Positions 10,970 through 21,164 of a stretch of 64,000 nucleotides of DNA are shown here, piece by piece. The stretch is from an uncultured virus (IMG/VR IMGVR_UViG_3300020048_000016). Its lineage: Duplodnaviria; Heunggongvirae; Uroviricota; Caudoviricetes. Each line of letters begins with the position of its first letter. Within the stretch, counting starts at the first letter, position 1. Location: IMG/VR virus record IMGVR_UViG_3300020048_000016; one strand, given 5' to 3'. The translations under genes were made by a program, and so were the position numbers. The notes under the pieces are model-generated. The model was given only the letters and a program-made list of their open reading frames with translations. It searched no databases and was not told where the DNA came from.

Positions 10970-11424
10970 TATTTTCCAAGTATAATTTTTGGGTATCTAA
11001 ATGGCTTATCATTCAGTGTATAACCTTTACTCACAACATCAATTATTTTACTTTCACCTATTTCCATAATAGAAATAACTTCGTGTAAATCTTCATCGTA
11101 AGTTTCAGTTTGAATTGGTTCAATTCCTTGTGTTTTTAAGAAAGTAGTTACTTTATTAGAAATAAGTTCAACACCTTCTCTAGCAGAATCATCTTTGATG
11201 TTTTTAAGAGCCAGTGTGATATCATTATCCATATCTAAGATAGAAGTGATCATGGAAACCTTTGTGTTGTTTCTTAATTCTTCTTTTTCTTTTATTAATC
11301 TCTTTTTGTAATTCTCAAAGTCAGCATATAATAACATATACTTATTTTCCGCTTCTTTTAACTTTGTTTCTAAATCAATTTCGTTGTTGTTAACTTCTTC
11401 AACTTCGTTCTCTTTATTTTCCAT
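10969..11424 (-). CDS. grpE: nucleotide exchange factor GrpE
   Basis: ADFENYKKR, DEDLHEVI, KGYTLNDK..RYPKI motifs. Confidence 0.93.
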   Translation of the reverse strand: MENKENEVEEVNNNEIDLETKLKEAENKYMLLYADFENYKKRLIKEKEELRNNTKVSMITSILDMDNDITLALKNIKDDSAREGVELISNKVTTFLKTQGIEPIQTETYDEDLHEVISIMEIGESKIIDVVSKGYTLNDKPFRYPKIILGK

Positions 11425-11425
11425 A

Positions 11426-11947
11426 TTAATAATTAAATTTTAAAAGTTTTCTTATGTTATTTGATCCATAAAATTCGTAAGTAACATTTTTATCTACGAT
11501 CTTATGAACTTCTAGTTTTTCAACATCTTTTTTAATTCCATCTATGTAATCAACTAACTCAGATAATGCTATACCATAAGATGATGTTGGTTCCCAATAG
11601 TCAGGAAATTTATCTAAAAATTTATCAATTGCTAAATCAAATGCTTTTTTTCTAGCAAGAAGTGAATCTTGATGTTTCATTGATTTGTTTGTTAAAAATT
11701 CAACAACATAGTTGTTAAACTTGTGGATAAGATTATCAGTCTCAATTACTTTAAGTAAACCAATAACCAAAGCATCCTTCTCAGTCATCTCCATCTCTGC
11801 ATTTTCTTTTAGTATTTTCTCTGCTTCTTTATCAGAACCACCTAGTATGTAATAAACATAATTGTCCCATAAACATCTTCTAACAATGTCCTCTGCGTAT
11901 ATTTTAATATTCATATATAAAATCTCTTTTTTCTTTATTATAGACAA
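11426..11947 (-). CDS. hypothetical protein
   Basis: ORF leading the grpE-dnaJ operon. Confidence 0.6.
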   Translation of the reverse strand: MSIIKKKEILYMNIKIYAEDIVRRCLWDNYVYYILGGSDKEAEKILKENAEMEMTEKDALVIGLLKVIETDNLIHKFNNYVVEFLTNKSMKHQDSLLARKKAFDLAIDKFLDKFPDYWEPTSSYGIALSELVDYIDGIKKDVEKLEVHKIVDKNVTYEFYGSNNIRKLLKFNY

Positions 11948-12041
11948 ACAATAAAATAAAGTTTAATATATAAAAATCAAAAAATTTCTTTATATTTGTA
12001 AAAAATATTATTATGAGTAAGGTAGAACCAGGAAATTTCTA

Positions 12042-12206
12042 ATGACACACAGAACTAAATTAAAGATAATACTCAATCCAATTCTTAGAAAGTTTGGGTG
12101 GTCAATAGTAAGTGTAATGAAAAATGACATTTTTATTAGATATGAATTAAGAAGATATCCAGAAAATTGTCCAGTAATAAAAAAAGAAGATGAAAGTAGT
12201 TTGTAA
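12042..12206 (+). CDS. small hypothetical protein (54 aa, not in the ORF track)
   Basis: MTHRTKLKIILNPILRKFGWSIVSV...; preceded by a 9-codon ORF MSKVEPGNF (12013-12042) with TAATG coupling. Confidence 0.5.
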   Translation: MTHRTKLKIILNPILRKFGWSIVSVMKNDIFIRYELRRYPENCPVIKKEDESSL

Positions 12207-12477
12207 AAATAATCATAAGAATGCAATAGATGATGAAGATGATTATGAATTATCTGTTCATAAAAATATTATAGAACAATATAAAGGAGGTGGTGATCAT
12301 TTAATCTTAGGTAAGGTCTATGAAGTTAACGGTGTAGATGTTTCCGATTTTGAAAAAGCCAGTGAATGTTATTATTCAATTGTGAATGAATCTGGTCAAC
12401 AATTTTGGTATTCTAGTAACCGATTTAAGAGCATATCTGATAATAGAGATGATAAATTAAAAGAATTAGGAATATAG
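12190..12477 (+). CDS. small beta-rich protein with C-terminal tag
   Basis: Ends NRDDKLKELGI. Confidence 0.65.
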   Translation: MKVVCKNNHKNAIDDEDDYELSVHKNIIEQYKGGGDHLILGKVYEVNGVDVSDFEKASECYYSIVNESGQQFWYSSNRFKSISDNRDDKLKELGI

Positions 12478-12488
12478 ATATATAGTTT

Positions 12489-12677
12489 ATGACAATAGAA
12501 GAAAAAATAGACTTAAACAAGCAAATAAGAAAGTACACTGGATCAAATTCATTTGTAGTTTCTTTACAAAAACAACTTAAGACAAATAAGCATTTGAGTA
12601 AGGTTGAACATAATGGTAAAGAAATAAAGATCTTATCAGATAAACAATATGAAGCAGCAATTACCTCATTAAGTTAA
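12489..12677 (+). CDS. hypothetical protein
   Basis: 62 aa; GATATATA upstream. Confidence 0.55.
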   Translation: MTIEEKIDLNKQIRKYTGSNSFVVSLQKQLKTNKHLSKVEHNGKEIKILSDKQYEAAITSLS

Positions 12678-12706
12678 ACATACTTTAATTTACTCATATA
12701 ATTAGT

Positions 12707-12946
12707 ATGAACGAAAGGATTACAAATACAAGTCTTTATAAACAAAAAGAAGAATTAGGTATTGAATATGCTTGGAATACCGAGCAATATGCAGCATTCA
12801 CTAAATGTGAAACCGATGATTTAATAGAAGACTATATAATTTATGAATATTTCGGCACAGGTGAGATACGAATAATGGATTCTGAAAATAAAGAAGAAGT
12901 TCTAGTAACTCAGAGAGTATTAAATTTAATGAGATTAGGTATATGA
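12707..12946 (+). CDS. hypothetical protein with C-terminal tag variant
   Basis: Ends QRVLNLMRLGI. Confidence 0.6.
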   Translation: MNERITNTSLYKQKEELGIEYAWNTEQYAAFTKCETDDLIEDYIIYEYFGTGEIRIMDSENKEEVLVTQRVLNLMRLGI

Positions 12947-13338
12947 AAGAAGAAGATTATAAAGAAGCATTTAATGCATTTGAACAAATAATTAAAACGT
13001 TCACTGAAGATTATGAACTATTAATTAATGGTTTATCATTTAACAAAGATAAAACCATATCAATTGGTGTATTACAACATATTAGTATTCTTTTATCCAA
13101 CGAAACTCTTAATAGATCTATTTTATATTCAGATGCTGAGATAAATTACATTTCACACGTAAAGAAAGCAATTTCGGAAAGAATAGATGTTATAAGAAAT
13201 GATAAAGATCCGATTAGAAAAGGTAGATTAACACCTGAGCAAATTTTAAAGTATTCAACAGATACTAAACCTAGACCACCTGTAGATATAAATCTAAAAG
13301 AAGGTAGACAACCTGATAAACCTTGGTATAAATTTTAA
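12943..13338 (+). CDS. hypothetical protein
   Basis: ATGA-coupled ORF. Confidence 0.55.
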   Translation: MKEEDYKEAFNAFEQIIKTFTEDYELLINGLSFNKDKTISIGVLQHISILLSNETLNRSILYSDAEINYISHVKKAISERIDVIRNDKDPIRKGRLTPEQILKYSTDTKPRPPVDINLKEGRQPDKPWYKF

Positions 13339-13340
13339 TT

Positions 13341-13763
13341 ATGAAAAAAATAGGATTCACTTGTTCATGTTTTGATCTGTTTCATGCAGGTCATATTATG
13401 ATGTTAAAAGAAGCAAAATCAAATTGCGATTATCTTATCGTTGGACTACAAACTGATCCAACTATAGATAGACCAGAAAAGAATAAACCAATACAAAGTG
13501 TTGTTGAAAGATTTATTCAATTAGAATCGTGTAAATATGTTGATGAAGTTGTTGTTTATGCAACAGAGAAAGATTTACTTGATATTCTTTATTCTTATCC
13601 AATTAATGTTAGAATTGTTGGTGAGGAATACCGAGATAAAGATTTTACAGGTAAAGATTTAGAACATATCGAAATGTATTATAATCAAAGAAAACATTCA
13701 TTCTCTACTACTGAATTAAGAGGTAGAGTTATTGATAGATATTTAAAAGAGAAAAAGAGTTAG
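13341..13763 (+). CDS. cytidylyltransferase (TagD/glycerol-3-phosphate CTase-like)
   Basis: FDLFHAGH (HxGH), YVDEVV, FSTTELR. Confidence 0.9.
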   Translation: MKKIGFTCSCFDLFHAGHIMMLKEAKSNCDYLIVGLQTDPTIDRPEKNKPIQSVVERFIQLESCKYVDEVVVYATEKDLLDILYSYPINVRIVGEEYRDKDFTGKDLEHIEMYYNQRKHSFSTTELRGRVIDRYLKEKKS

Positions 13764-14296
13764 ATATTATATTCCAATATTATCTCTCTCAACTTATCAC
13801 CTTTTTCTTTGAATAATGTTTCCATCTCAGATGATATTTTATAACCATCATCATTTCTTTTATATGCTCTATAAAATACTTCCATAAAACCAGGTCCAAT
13901 ACCTTTTGGGCCTATCCAATCACCTACATTTTTATATTTTACCTCTGCTCTATAAAAACTCATGATCTCCGCAAGTCTTTTAACTGCAGTTACTATTTCC
14001 ATACCTACGTCTTCGCTATTTAAACTAGGTATATACTCCATTATTCCGTGTCTAGTTTCTACTTCTTTACTTTCTTTTGAAATACCTAACTTTATAACTA
14101 TTCTACACATTCTCATTCTATTTTGATCTTCATATCCAAAAGAAACCAAAACCCCAGAATTAGGACTATACTCTCCCATTTTACCTAGTGCATCATTTAT
14201 ATAAACTAAAATATCATCAATCTCATCAACTAGATTTTGATCAGTTACAAAATTCTTATCTCTTTTAAAAGATTCGAATGTTTTAATTAATTTCAT
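13760..14296 (-). CDS. putative internal head protein (capsid-targeting-like leader)
   Basis: Starts MKLIKTFESF; TAATATATA at 14301-14309. Confidence 0.55.
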   Translation of the reverse strand: MKLIKTFESFKRDKNFVTDQNLVDEIDDILVYINDALGKMGEYSPNSGVLVSFGYEDQNRMRMCRIVIKLGISKESKEVETRHGIMEYIPSLNSEDVGMEIVTAVKRLAEIMSFYRAEVKYKNVGDWIGPKGIGPGFMEVFYRAYKRNDDGYKISSEMETLFKEKGDKLREIILEYNI

Positions 14297-14352
14297 TAAG
14301 TATATATTAAATTACAATTTTATTTATTATATTTGTACTTAAAATAGAAGAA

Positions 14353-15579
14353 ATGAAAAGATACAACTTATTATCATATGACGAAGCAGTAGCATTAACT
14401 AAACTTAATGAGGCTCCATTCTTGGAGTCTAAATTAGTTGTTGATGGATATAATGTATCTATATTCAACTATAGATTGGCTCAATATTCCGACTTCTTAG
14501 ATAACAAGGCCTTCGAGATGAGAGGTCTTACCTTTATATTCAATGAAGATGGTTCTTTGTTTAAAAGACACCTTTTGCTACAAAAATTCTTTAATCTAAA
14601 TCAAGTACCAGATACTCAATACTCTGAAGTTAAAGACTTTGCTATAAAATACATAAACAATAAAGAAGATGGTTCAATCGCTTCTTTTGTTAGACTTCCA
14701 AACGGTAAAGTACTCGGTAAATCTAAAATGTCATTCGAATCAGACCAAGCAGTTGGTATGAATAGAATATACAAAAACAATAAAGATCTTAGATCATTTG
14801 TTGATTGGTCACTTGATAATGATTTAGTAGCAGTGTTTGAATACGTGGCACCAACTAACAGAATCGTTTTACGATACACTGATGAAGAATTAATATTGCT
14901 AAGACTTAGAGATAACAAAACTGGTCACTACTTAGATATAAACGATCACTTAGATATATTAGGCTCTGTAAAAGTTGCTAAGTTTGAAGACAAAAATACT
15001 TTAGATGAACTTATAGAGTTAGCACATATCGTTGAAGACAAAGAAGGTTGGATCGTTCAGTTCGAAAAAGATCATCTAATAGACTTTCTTAAAATAAAAA
15101 CCGTATGGTATTGCGAACGTCACGGATTACTAACTGATGATCTATACCGAGAAAATATACTTGTTGGTTACATATTAGACGATAAGATAGATGATATACT
15201 TGGTCAAATACCAGAAGATGAACTAGAAGCTCACGAAAGAATAGGTAAGATGATATCGGTAGTTAAACACGCAATCGCGGTTAAGTCAGAAGAGATATTA
15301 CAATATTATGAACTATTCTTAGCAGAAGGTGATGGTAAAGATTGGGAAGGTGATCTCGGATTACAATTAATGAGAAAGTCTTACTCTTTAAAGTATGGTA
15401 AAAAAACACCAAACTTCTCATATGTTATGAACCTTTCTAAAGGAAAAGATGTTTATGACCTATCGATAGATTGGGTTAGAGATCAAACTAGAAAATTGAA
15501 TATAGCAAGAGATTTCTTGAAAGAAAGAGATCCTTCTTTATTCTTTGTAGATGGACCTGAAAACGAAATAGAAGATTAA
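14353..15579 (+). CDS. RNA ligase 1 (T4 Rnl1 family)
   Basis: EMRGL, KFFNLN, KEDGS (motif I), FEYVAPTNRIV, EGWIV, KIKT. Confidence 0.9.
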   Translation: MKRYNLLSYDEAVALTKLNEAPFLESKLVVDGYNVSIFNYRLAQYSDFLDNKAFEMRGLTFIFNEDGSLFKRHLLLQKFFNLNQVPDTQYSEVKDFAIKYINNKEDGSIASFVRLPNGKVLGKSKMSFESDQAVGMNRIYKNNKDLRSFVDWSLDNDLVAVFEYVAPTNRIVLRYTDEELILLRLRDNKTGHYLDINDHLDILGSVKVAKFEDKNTLDELIELAHIVEDKEGWIVQFEKDHLIDFLKIKTVWYCERHGLLTDDLYRENILVGYILDDKIDDILGQIPEDELEAHERIGKMISVVKHAIAVKSEEILQYYELFLAEGDGKDWEGDLGLQLMRKSYSLKYGKKTPNFSYVMNLSKGKDVYDLSIDWVRDQTRKLNIARDFLKERDPSLFFVDGPENEIED

Positions 15580-15589
15580 TATATACATT

Positions 15590-15733
15590 ATGAAAATAAA
15601 AAAGTTCAGCGAGTTTAAAAAGAGACCGAGAACAAAGATCAAAAAGGTGAGTGAAGTACCTTACACATTTGTTCCAAATACAAATGTTATGAGTCCAGCA
15701 CCAGTACCAACTATTCAAATAACAAAAGTGTAG
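15590..15733 (+). CDS. small basic protein with capsid-targeting-like leader (not in the ORF track)
   Basis: MKIKKFSEFKKRPRTK...; TAATATATA at 15577-15585. Confidence 0.5.
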   Translation: MKIKKFSEFKKRPRTKIKKVSEVPYTFVPNTNVMSPAPVPTIQITKV

Positions 15734-15750
15734 ATTTATCTACACTTTTT
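15724..15750 (+). terminator. intrinsic terminator
   Basis: AAAAGTGTAGAT-TT-ATCTACACTTTT. Confidence 0.75.
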
Positions 15751-15808
15751 CTTTTTAATTAAACTTTTTAATAAACTGACACTATAAAAGCATAACAATA
15801 TAGTTAAA

Positions 15809-15858
15809 TGACAAAATGTCAGTATTTGATAGACTAAAAAGTTTGGTACAGAGTTTGA
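15809..15858 (+). promoter_or_regulatory. putative sigma54-type promoter with upstream palindrome for dnaK
   Basis: TGACA-AAA-TGTCA (15809-15821) and TGGTACAGAGTTTGA (15844-15858) versus consensus TGGCACGnnnnTTGC. Confidence 0.45.
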
Positions 15859-15890
15859 CTATAATAAATCAAAAATAAAAATAAATAACT

Positions 15891-17786
15891 ATGAGTAAAA
15901 ATGTAATTATCGGAATTGACCTTGGTACAACTAATAGCTGTGTATCTGTGGTTGAAGGCGGTGAGCCAGTTGTAATTAGTAACGCAGAAGGAAAAAGAAC
16001 TACTCCTTCAATTGTTTCATTTTCAGGAACAGAAAGAAAAGTTGGTGATCCAGCAAAAAGACAAGCGGTTACAAACCCAAAAAACACAATCTACTCTATT
16101 AAGAGATTTATCGGTAAAGACTATTCAGTTTGTACTGATGAAGTTAAAAGAGTACCATATGAAGTTAAAAAATCAAAATCTAACGTACCGGTTGTTAACA
16201 TCGATGGTAGAGAATATACCCCACAAGAACTTTCTGCGATCATTTTACAAAAAATGAAAAAAACCGCAGAAGACTATTTAGGTCACGAAGTAACTAGAGC
16301 AGTTATTACGGTTCCTGCTTACTTTGGTGATGCAGAAAGAACAGCAACTATTGAAGCAGGTGAAATCGCTGGATTGAAAGTAGAAAGAATTATCAATGAG
16401 CCAACCGCGGCAGCTTTAGCATATGGTTTAGATAAAAAGAACAATGATGCAAAAATATTAGTATTTGACTGCGGTGGTGGTACTCATGATGTTTCTGTAT
16501 TAGAAATTGGTGATGGTGTATTTGAAGTAAAATCTACTGATGGTGATACTCACTTAGGTGGTGATGATTTTGATAATGCTATTATCACTTGGATGGTTGA
16601 AGATTTCAAATCTGAAAGTGGTGTAGATTTATCTCAAGATATGATGGCATTACAAAGATTGAAAGAAGCTGCAGAGAAAGCTAAGATTGAATTATCTTCT
16701 TCTCCTTCAACTGATATTAATCTTCCTTATATCACTTCAAGAGATAATCAACCTTTACACTTTGTAAAACAGTTAACTAAAGCTAAGTTTGACCAAATGA
16801 CAAGTTCATTAGTTGAAAGAGCTATTAATTGTGCTAAGAGTGCTCTTAAAAATGCTAAATTAAATACAAGTGATATTGATGAAGTTATCTTGGTTGGTGG
16901 TTCTACAAGAATTCCTGCAGTTCAAGATGCTATTGAAAAATTCATTGGTAAGAAAGCAAACAAATCTGTTAATCCAGACGAAGTTGTTGCATTAGGTGCC
17001 GCTATTCAAGGTGCAGTATTAAATGGTGGTATTACTGATGTTCTTCTTTTAGATGTTACTCCATTATCTTTGGGTATCGAAACTATGGGTTCTGTATTCA
17101 CTAAATTGATCGAAGCGAATTGTACTATTCCAACTAGAAAAAGCGAAACCTTCTCTACCGCATCTGATAACCAACCTTCTGTTGAGTTACACGTTTTACA
17201 AGGTGAGAGACCAATGGCAAAAGATAACAGATCTTTGGGCAAATTTAACTTGGATGGTATTATGCCAGCACCAAGAGGAATTCCCCAAGTGGAAGTGACT
17301 TTTGATATTGATGCAAATGGCATCTTGTCTGTGTCTGCAAAAGATAAAGCGAGTGGTAAAGAAAATTCAATTAGAATTGAAGGTGGTTCTCAATTAACAA
17401 AAGAAGAGATTGAGAAAATGAAAGCAGATGCAGAAGCAAACGCAGAAGCAGATCAAATCGAAAGAGAGAAAGTGGAAAAATTAAATTCAGCGGACTCTTT
17501 AATTTTCAACACTGAAAAACAATTGAAAGAGTTTGACGAGAAGTTAACAGAAGATGATAAATCCGCTTTAAAAGCAGATCTTGAAGATTTAAGAAAGGCT
17601 CACGCTGATCAAGATGTTCAAAGAATTGATGAAACATCTGGTAAATTAAATGAGACTTGGAATACAATCAGTACTAGATTATACCAAGAATCAAGTCAAA
17701 ACGAATCGAATCAAACTGAAACTGCTGATACAAGTGGTAATGGCGAAGTAGAAGATACTGATTTCGAAGAAGTTACTGAAAAGTAA
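15891..17786 (+). CDS. dnaK: chaperone DnaK (Hsp70)
   Basis: [37 protein letters not shown]. Confidence 0.98.
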   Translation: MSKNVIIGIDLGTTNSCVSVVEGGEPVVISNAEGKRTTPSIVSFSGTERKVGDPAKRQAVTNPKNTIYSIKRFIGKDYSVCTDEVKRVPYEVKKSKSNVPVVNIDGREYTPQELSAIILQKMKKTAEDYLGHEVTRAVITVPAYFGDAERTATIEAGEIAGLKVERIINEPTAAALAYGLDKKNNDAKILVFDCGGGTHDVSVLEIGDGVFEVKSTDGDTHLGGDDFDNAIITWMVEDFKSESGVDLSQDMMALQRLKEAAEKAKIELSSSPSTDINLPYITSRDNQPLHFVKQLTKAKFDQMTSSLVERAINCAKSALKNAKLNTSDIDEVILVGGSTRIPAVQDAIEKFIGKKANKSVNPDEVVALGAAIQGAVLNGGITDVLLLDVTPLSLGIETMGSVFTKLIEANCTIPTRKSETFSTASDNQPSVELHVLQGERPMAKDNRSLGKFNLDGIMPAPRGIPQVEVTFDIDANGILSVSAKDKASGKENSIRIEGGSQLTKEEIEKMKADAEANAEADQIEREKVEKLNSADSLIFNTEKQLKEFDEKLTEDDKSALKADLEDLRKAHADQDVQRIDETSGKLNETWNTISTRLYQESSQNESNQTETADTSGNGEVEDTDFEEVTEK

Positions 17787-17800
17787 TCAGATAGACAATT

Positions 17801-17829
17801 AAAACCTCACTATTTATAGTGGGGTTTTC
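17801..17829 (+). terminator. intrinsic terminator
   Basis: AAAACCTCACTAT-TT-ATAGTGGGGTTTT followed by a T-run. Confidence 0.8.
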
Positions 17830-17863
17830 TTTTTTATTACTATATTTGTAAAAACTCTATATT

Positions 17864-18085
17864 ATGAAAGTAAAAATTATAAGAAAAAAACTTAAAGACA
17901 AAAAGTGGGTACTGAACAGATATTGTCAGGTTTTACAAGCCACTAATAAGATGAACACATTTAAACAATTTGATTGTGATCCTTTTTTCAGAGGTGATGA
18001 GTTAGCGAGTGCAAACTTAAAAGTATATGAGAAAGAAATGTTTAGATTAAAAAGAAAGATTAAGTTTTTAGAAAAATTTTTATAA
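17864..18085 (+). CDS. hypothetical protein
   Basis: Follows TATATTTG at 17841. Confidence 0.55.
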   Translation: MKVKIIRKKLKDKKWVLNRYCQVLQATNKMNTFKQFDCDPFFRGDELASANLKVYEKEMFRLKRKIKFLEKFL

Positions 18086-18087
18086 TT

Positions 18088-18399
18088 ATGGAATTAAAGA
18101 TTGACAATTTATTAAAAAATGTTTATTACGGAACATTAGGCCAAATAACTAATGATCTAGCAAAACAAGTAGTTGAGATCGATGATCATTATAAGAAAAG
18201 ACTACCTAAGGAAGAAAAATTAAAAAAAAAAGAACTATTAGAGTTGACTAAACAAACCATACTTATGTATTGTGGTGAGGGTGGTATACCATTTAAATAT
18301 GCTAAACCAATACAAGCGTGTTTTGGGAATGTAGAACTCGAAAGTTTTATTAACAAGTACTTACCAGAAATTTTACCAGAATTAAGAGAAAATCAATAA
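18088..18399 (+). CDS. hypothetical protein
   Basis: Operon-coupled ORF. Confidence 0.55.
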   Translation: MELKIDNLLKNVYYGTLGQITNDLAKQVVEIDDHYKKRLPKEEKLKKKELLELTKQTILMYCGEGGIPFKYAKPIQACFGNVELESFINKYLPEILPELRENQ

Positions 18400-18400
18400 T

Positions 18401-18811
18401 ATGGAAACAAGAAAAGCAAAACTAGCAGCAACCGCACTTATCTATCAACAACAAGATGGTGATAAAATAATGGATTCTAAATTACTTGGAGTTTCAAGAA
18501 AAGATAACCATAAGTTATTTGGCCTACCTGGTGGTAAAGTAGACGAAGGAGAAACTACATACGATGCAATGGTAAGAGAAGTTAAAGAAGAAACTGGAAT
18601 TGATGTTCTTTCTGCTCAACCAATTTACTTCAGAGAAGACGGTGAATTTTTAGCAGTTGTTTTTCTTGTAACTAAGTGGTCAGGAGAAGTTACTACAACT
18701 GAAGCAGGTATTGTTGACTGGATTACTTTCGAAGAATTAAAACAAGGCTCGTTTCCTGAGTATAACTCTAAACTAGAAGAACAATTAAATTTTTTAAGAT
18801 GGATATTATAG
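18401..18811 (+). CDS. NUDIX hydrolase
   Basis: Nudix box GGKVDEGETTYDAMVREVKEETG. Confidence 0.92.
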   Translation: METRKAKLAATALIYQQQDGDKIMDSKLLGVSRKDNHKLFGLPGGKVDEGETTYDAMVREVKEETGIDVLSAQPIYFREDGEFLAVVFLVTKWSGEVTTTEAGIVDWITFEELKQGSFPEYNSKLEEQLNFLRWIL

Positions 18812-19245
18812 AAAAAAAACCAATAGCATATGTTGATATGGATGATACTCTTTGTAGATTTTACAAAGCAGCGAAAAAAGCACTGACTGAAAATCCAACT
18901 CAACCATATCCACAATCACAATGGGGTTTCTTTCTAGGTTTAGAACCGATGGAAGGAGCAATCGATGGTTTTAGAAAACTAGAAGAAAAATATGATGTAT
19001 GGATCTTAACAAGACCATCCACTAAAAACTTAAATTGCTATACAGAGAAAGCAAAATGGGTTTTAGATCACTTAGGACAAGATATCGTTGATAAACTTAT
19101 ACTATGTCCTGATAAAGCACTTTTAAAAGGTGACTATCTAATTGATGATAAGATCTGGTCAGGATTTGAAGGTGAACAAATACATTTCGGTCAAGGTGAC
19201 TTTAAAAACTGGGAATCAGTTGTAAAATATTTAATGAGCAAGTAA
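18799..19245 (+). CDS. 5'(3')-deoxyribonucleotidase (NT5C, HAD family)
   Basis: YVDMDDTL, EKAKWV..HLG, GDYLIDD. Confidence 0.88.
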   Translation: MDIIEKKPIAYVDMDDTLCRFYKAAKKALTENPTQPYPQSQWGFFLGLEPMEGAIDGFRKLEEKYDVWILTRPSTKNLNCYTEKAKWVLDHLGQDIVDKLILCPDKALLKGDYLIDDKIWSGFEGEQIHFGQGDFKNWESVVKYLMSK

Positions 19246-19976
19246 TGAATTTAATAAAAGTATTCGAAGATACACTAGATTGTATCAAAGACATTCAGAA
19301 TGATTATACACCATCAGTTACAACAAAACATACTTTTGTTGAGATTAAAGAATGTGAATCAGAATCTGAGCCAATTATCGAAGTGATAAACTCTGATACC
19401 GTATCTGCTATTGTAGAATATTCAAAATTAGGTAAAACTTGTGCATTGAATATGGCATCTTATAAGAAACCAGGTGGTGGTGTTCAAAATGGTGCAAGAG
19501 CCCAAGAAGAGTGTCTTTTTAGATCATCTAATCTATTTAATGTTGTTAGCAAGGACTTTTATCCTTTGAAAGACGATGAGTGTTTATACACGACGGATGC
19601 GCTTTTTGTTAAAGATGTTAATTATCATTATATGAAGCCAGTTCAATGTGATATTTTAACAATTGCTGCTATTAACTTAAACAAGTACGCAAAGTATGAT
19701 GATTTACAACAGATGTCTGATTCTGATTATGAAAAACTAACAAAAGAAAAAATTAGATTGATGTTAACAATTCCTTCTAATAATCAAATTGAAAACTTGA
19801 TATTAGGTGCTTGGGGTTGTGGAGTATTTGATAATGATCCTGCTAAAATATCTAGATACTTTAAAGAGGTTATCTTAGATGGATATGTATCAAACATTAA
19901 AAGAATTGTATTTGCTATTATAAATGATCATAATTCGGTTGGTAACAACTTTGATATTTTTAAAAACACACTATGA
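19245..19976 (+). CDS. TIGR02452 / microbial PARG-type macrodomain ADP-ribose glycohydrolase
   Basis: LNMAS..PGGG...GARAQEECLFRSSNL; LILGAWGCGVFDNDP. Confidence 0.88.
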   Translation: MNLIKVFEDTLDCIKDIQNDYTPSVTTKHTFVEIKECESESEPIIEVINSDTVSAIVEYSKLGKTCALNMASYKKPGGGVQNGARAQEECLFRSSNLFNVVSKDFYPLKDDECLYTTDALFVKDVNYHYMKPVQCDILTIAAINLNKYAKYDDLQQMSDSDYEKLTKEKIRLMLTIPSNNQIENLILGAWGCGVFDNDPAKISRYFKEVILDGYVSNIKRIVFAIINDHNSVGNNFDIFKNTL

Positions 19977-20326
19977 ATAAAATAGACAGAAATTTAATTG
20001 ATAAGAAATATATAGATGATATATTAGAATATTATATCTATGAGATCTATTCTATGCATATTCAACCAGTAAGAACCGAGTTATTAGTTTCTGTTTTAGA
20101 AGGTAGAATAAAAGATTGCTTAATGGATCAATTTATAATTGATTATACAATAAATGTTCATTTAAGTGATAAACAAAATAAAAGAGATGAAATAATTTCT
20201 TATTTATTAGATGAAAATTCTCAACCAGAATACTTCATAGAAGTTGCTTACAGAATGAGTGATAAGTCTTTTAATTCAGTAAAAATAAATGAGGACCTTT
20301 TAAATTCCTACGGAATCAACACTTAA
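19973..20326 (+). CDS. hypothetical protein with internal tag
   Basis: KRDEIISYLLDE. Confidence 0.55.
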   Translation: MNKIDRNLIDKKYIDDILEYYIYEIYSMHIQPVRTELLVSVLEGRIKDCLMDQFIIDYTINVHLSDKQNKRDEIISYLLDENSQPEYFIEVAYRMSDKSFNSVKINEDLLNSYGINT

Positions 20327-20361
20327 TAAAACTTCTTTAATTCATATTTAATATATAAAAT

Positions 20362-20604
20362 ATGAAAAAGAAGGTTGTAAATATGGTTAGAATTATGGGC
20401 ATCGGATTAAACGAGCTCATAATGGATTTTCACACTAGTGTAGCAACTTTTAATTCAATTGAGTGGGTTAAATCAGAGAATAAACTATATCTGCATATAT
20501 TTCACGATGATGATGATATACAAATAAGTTTTGATTTTGATGATTTAGACAAAGATGATAAACTAGAAATTTATGTTATTTTATCTTCTATTCTTTACAA
20601 CTGA
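20362..20604 (+). CDS. hypothetical protein
   Basis: TAATATATA at 20349. Confidence 0.55.
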   Translation: MKKKVVNMVRIMGIGLNELIMDFHTSVATFNSIEWVKSENKLYLHIFHDDDDIQISFDFDDLDKDDKLEIYVILSSILYN

Positions 20605-21098
20605 CGCTTTCTTCGTTCTTCTTCTAAATATGCTTTTAAATCTTCATAAGAAACTGCACCTGGATTTTGAATAATCTTACTTGCATTTCCTTTAGGTTTC
20701 TCTTCTAACTTTTTCAACTCGTTATTCTTAACAAGTTCTTCGTACTTAGTTTCTACTTCTTTTATAATATGACCTATATAGAAGTCAACACCTTTTGATG
20801 AAATCATTTTCAAATCTAAATCAAATATAAACTCTTCGAAGTTTTCACCAAAATAAACCGCCAAAACCTGATCTTTTATATAGTGATCTGTATAAAATCT
20901 TATATCACCTATATTACCTTGACCATAAATAGTAGTTTTGTATCTAGTATTATAGAACCAAGAAAATTTATCTTTATCATTAAATGATCTACTACCATTT
21001 TTCTCAACAGTAGGAACTATTCCTAAACTTACTCTGAAAAAAGTAGATTTTTTCATTTCGTTTATTATTTGAAAGTTTGTTACAATATGCATTCCCAT
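20595..21098 (-). CDS. hypothetical protein (late class)
   Basis: ORF with TATATA upstream. Confidence 0.6.
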   Translation of the reverse strand: MGMHIVTNFQIINEMKKSTFFRVSLGIVPTVEKNGSRSFNDKDKFSWFYNTRYKTTIYGQGNIGDIRFYTDHYIKDQVLAVYFGENFEEFIFDLDLKMISSKGVDFYIGHIIKEVETKYEELVKNNELKKLEEKPKGNASKIIQNPGAVSYEDLKAYLEEERRKRQL

Positions 21099-21134
21099 AA
21101 AACTATTTATATATAAATGCAAAGTCCCTAAACA

Positions 21135-21162
21135 AAAAAACCAGTCTTTTGACTGGTTTTTT
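21135..21162 (-). terminator. intrinsic terminator
   Basis: AAAAAACCAGTC-TTTTT-GACTGGTTTTTT. Confidence 0.8.
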
Positions 21163-21164
21163 AT

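Noticed and set aside
9241..17323. Antisense or alternate-frame ORFs inside dnaJ, rnl1 and dnaK (similar ones occur in the topoisomerase and MoxR genes)
   Set aside because: Fully nested in well-supported genes, with no motifs or start context
8537..17786. Bacterial chromosome origin or contamination suggested by dnaK/dnaJ/grpE
   Set aside because: These genes are interleaved and translationally coupled with phage-type ORFs and share the window's composition
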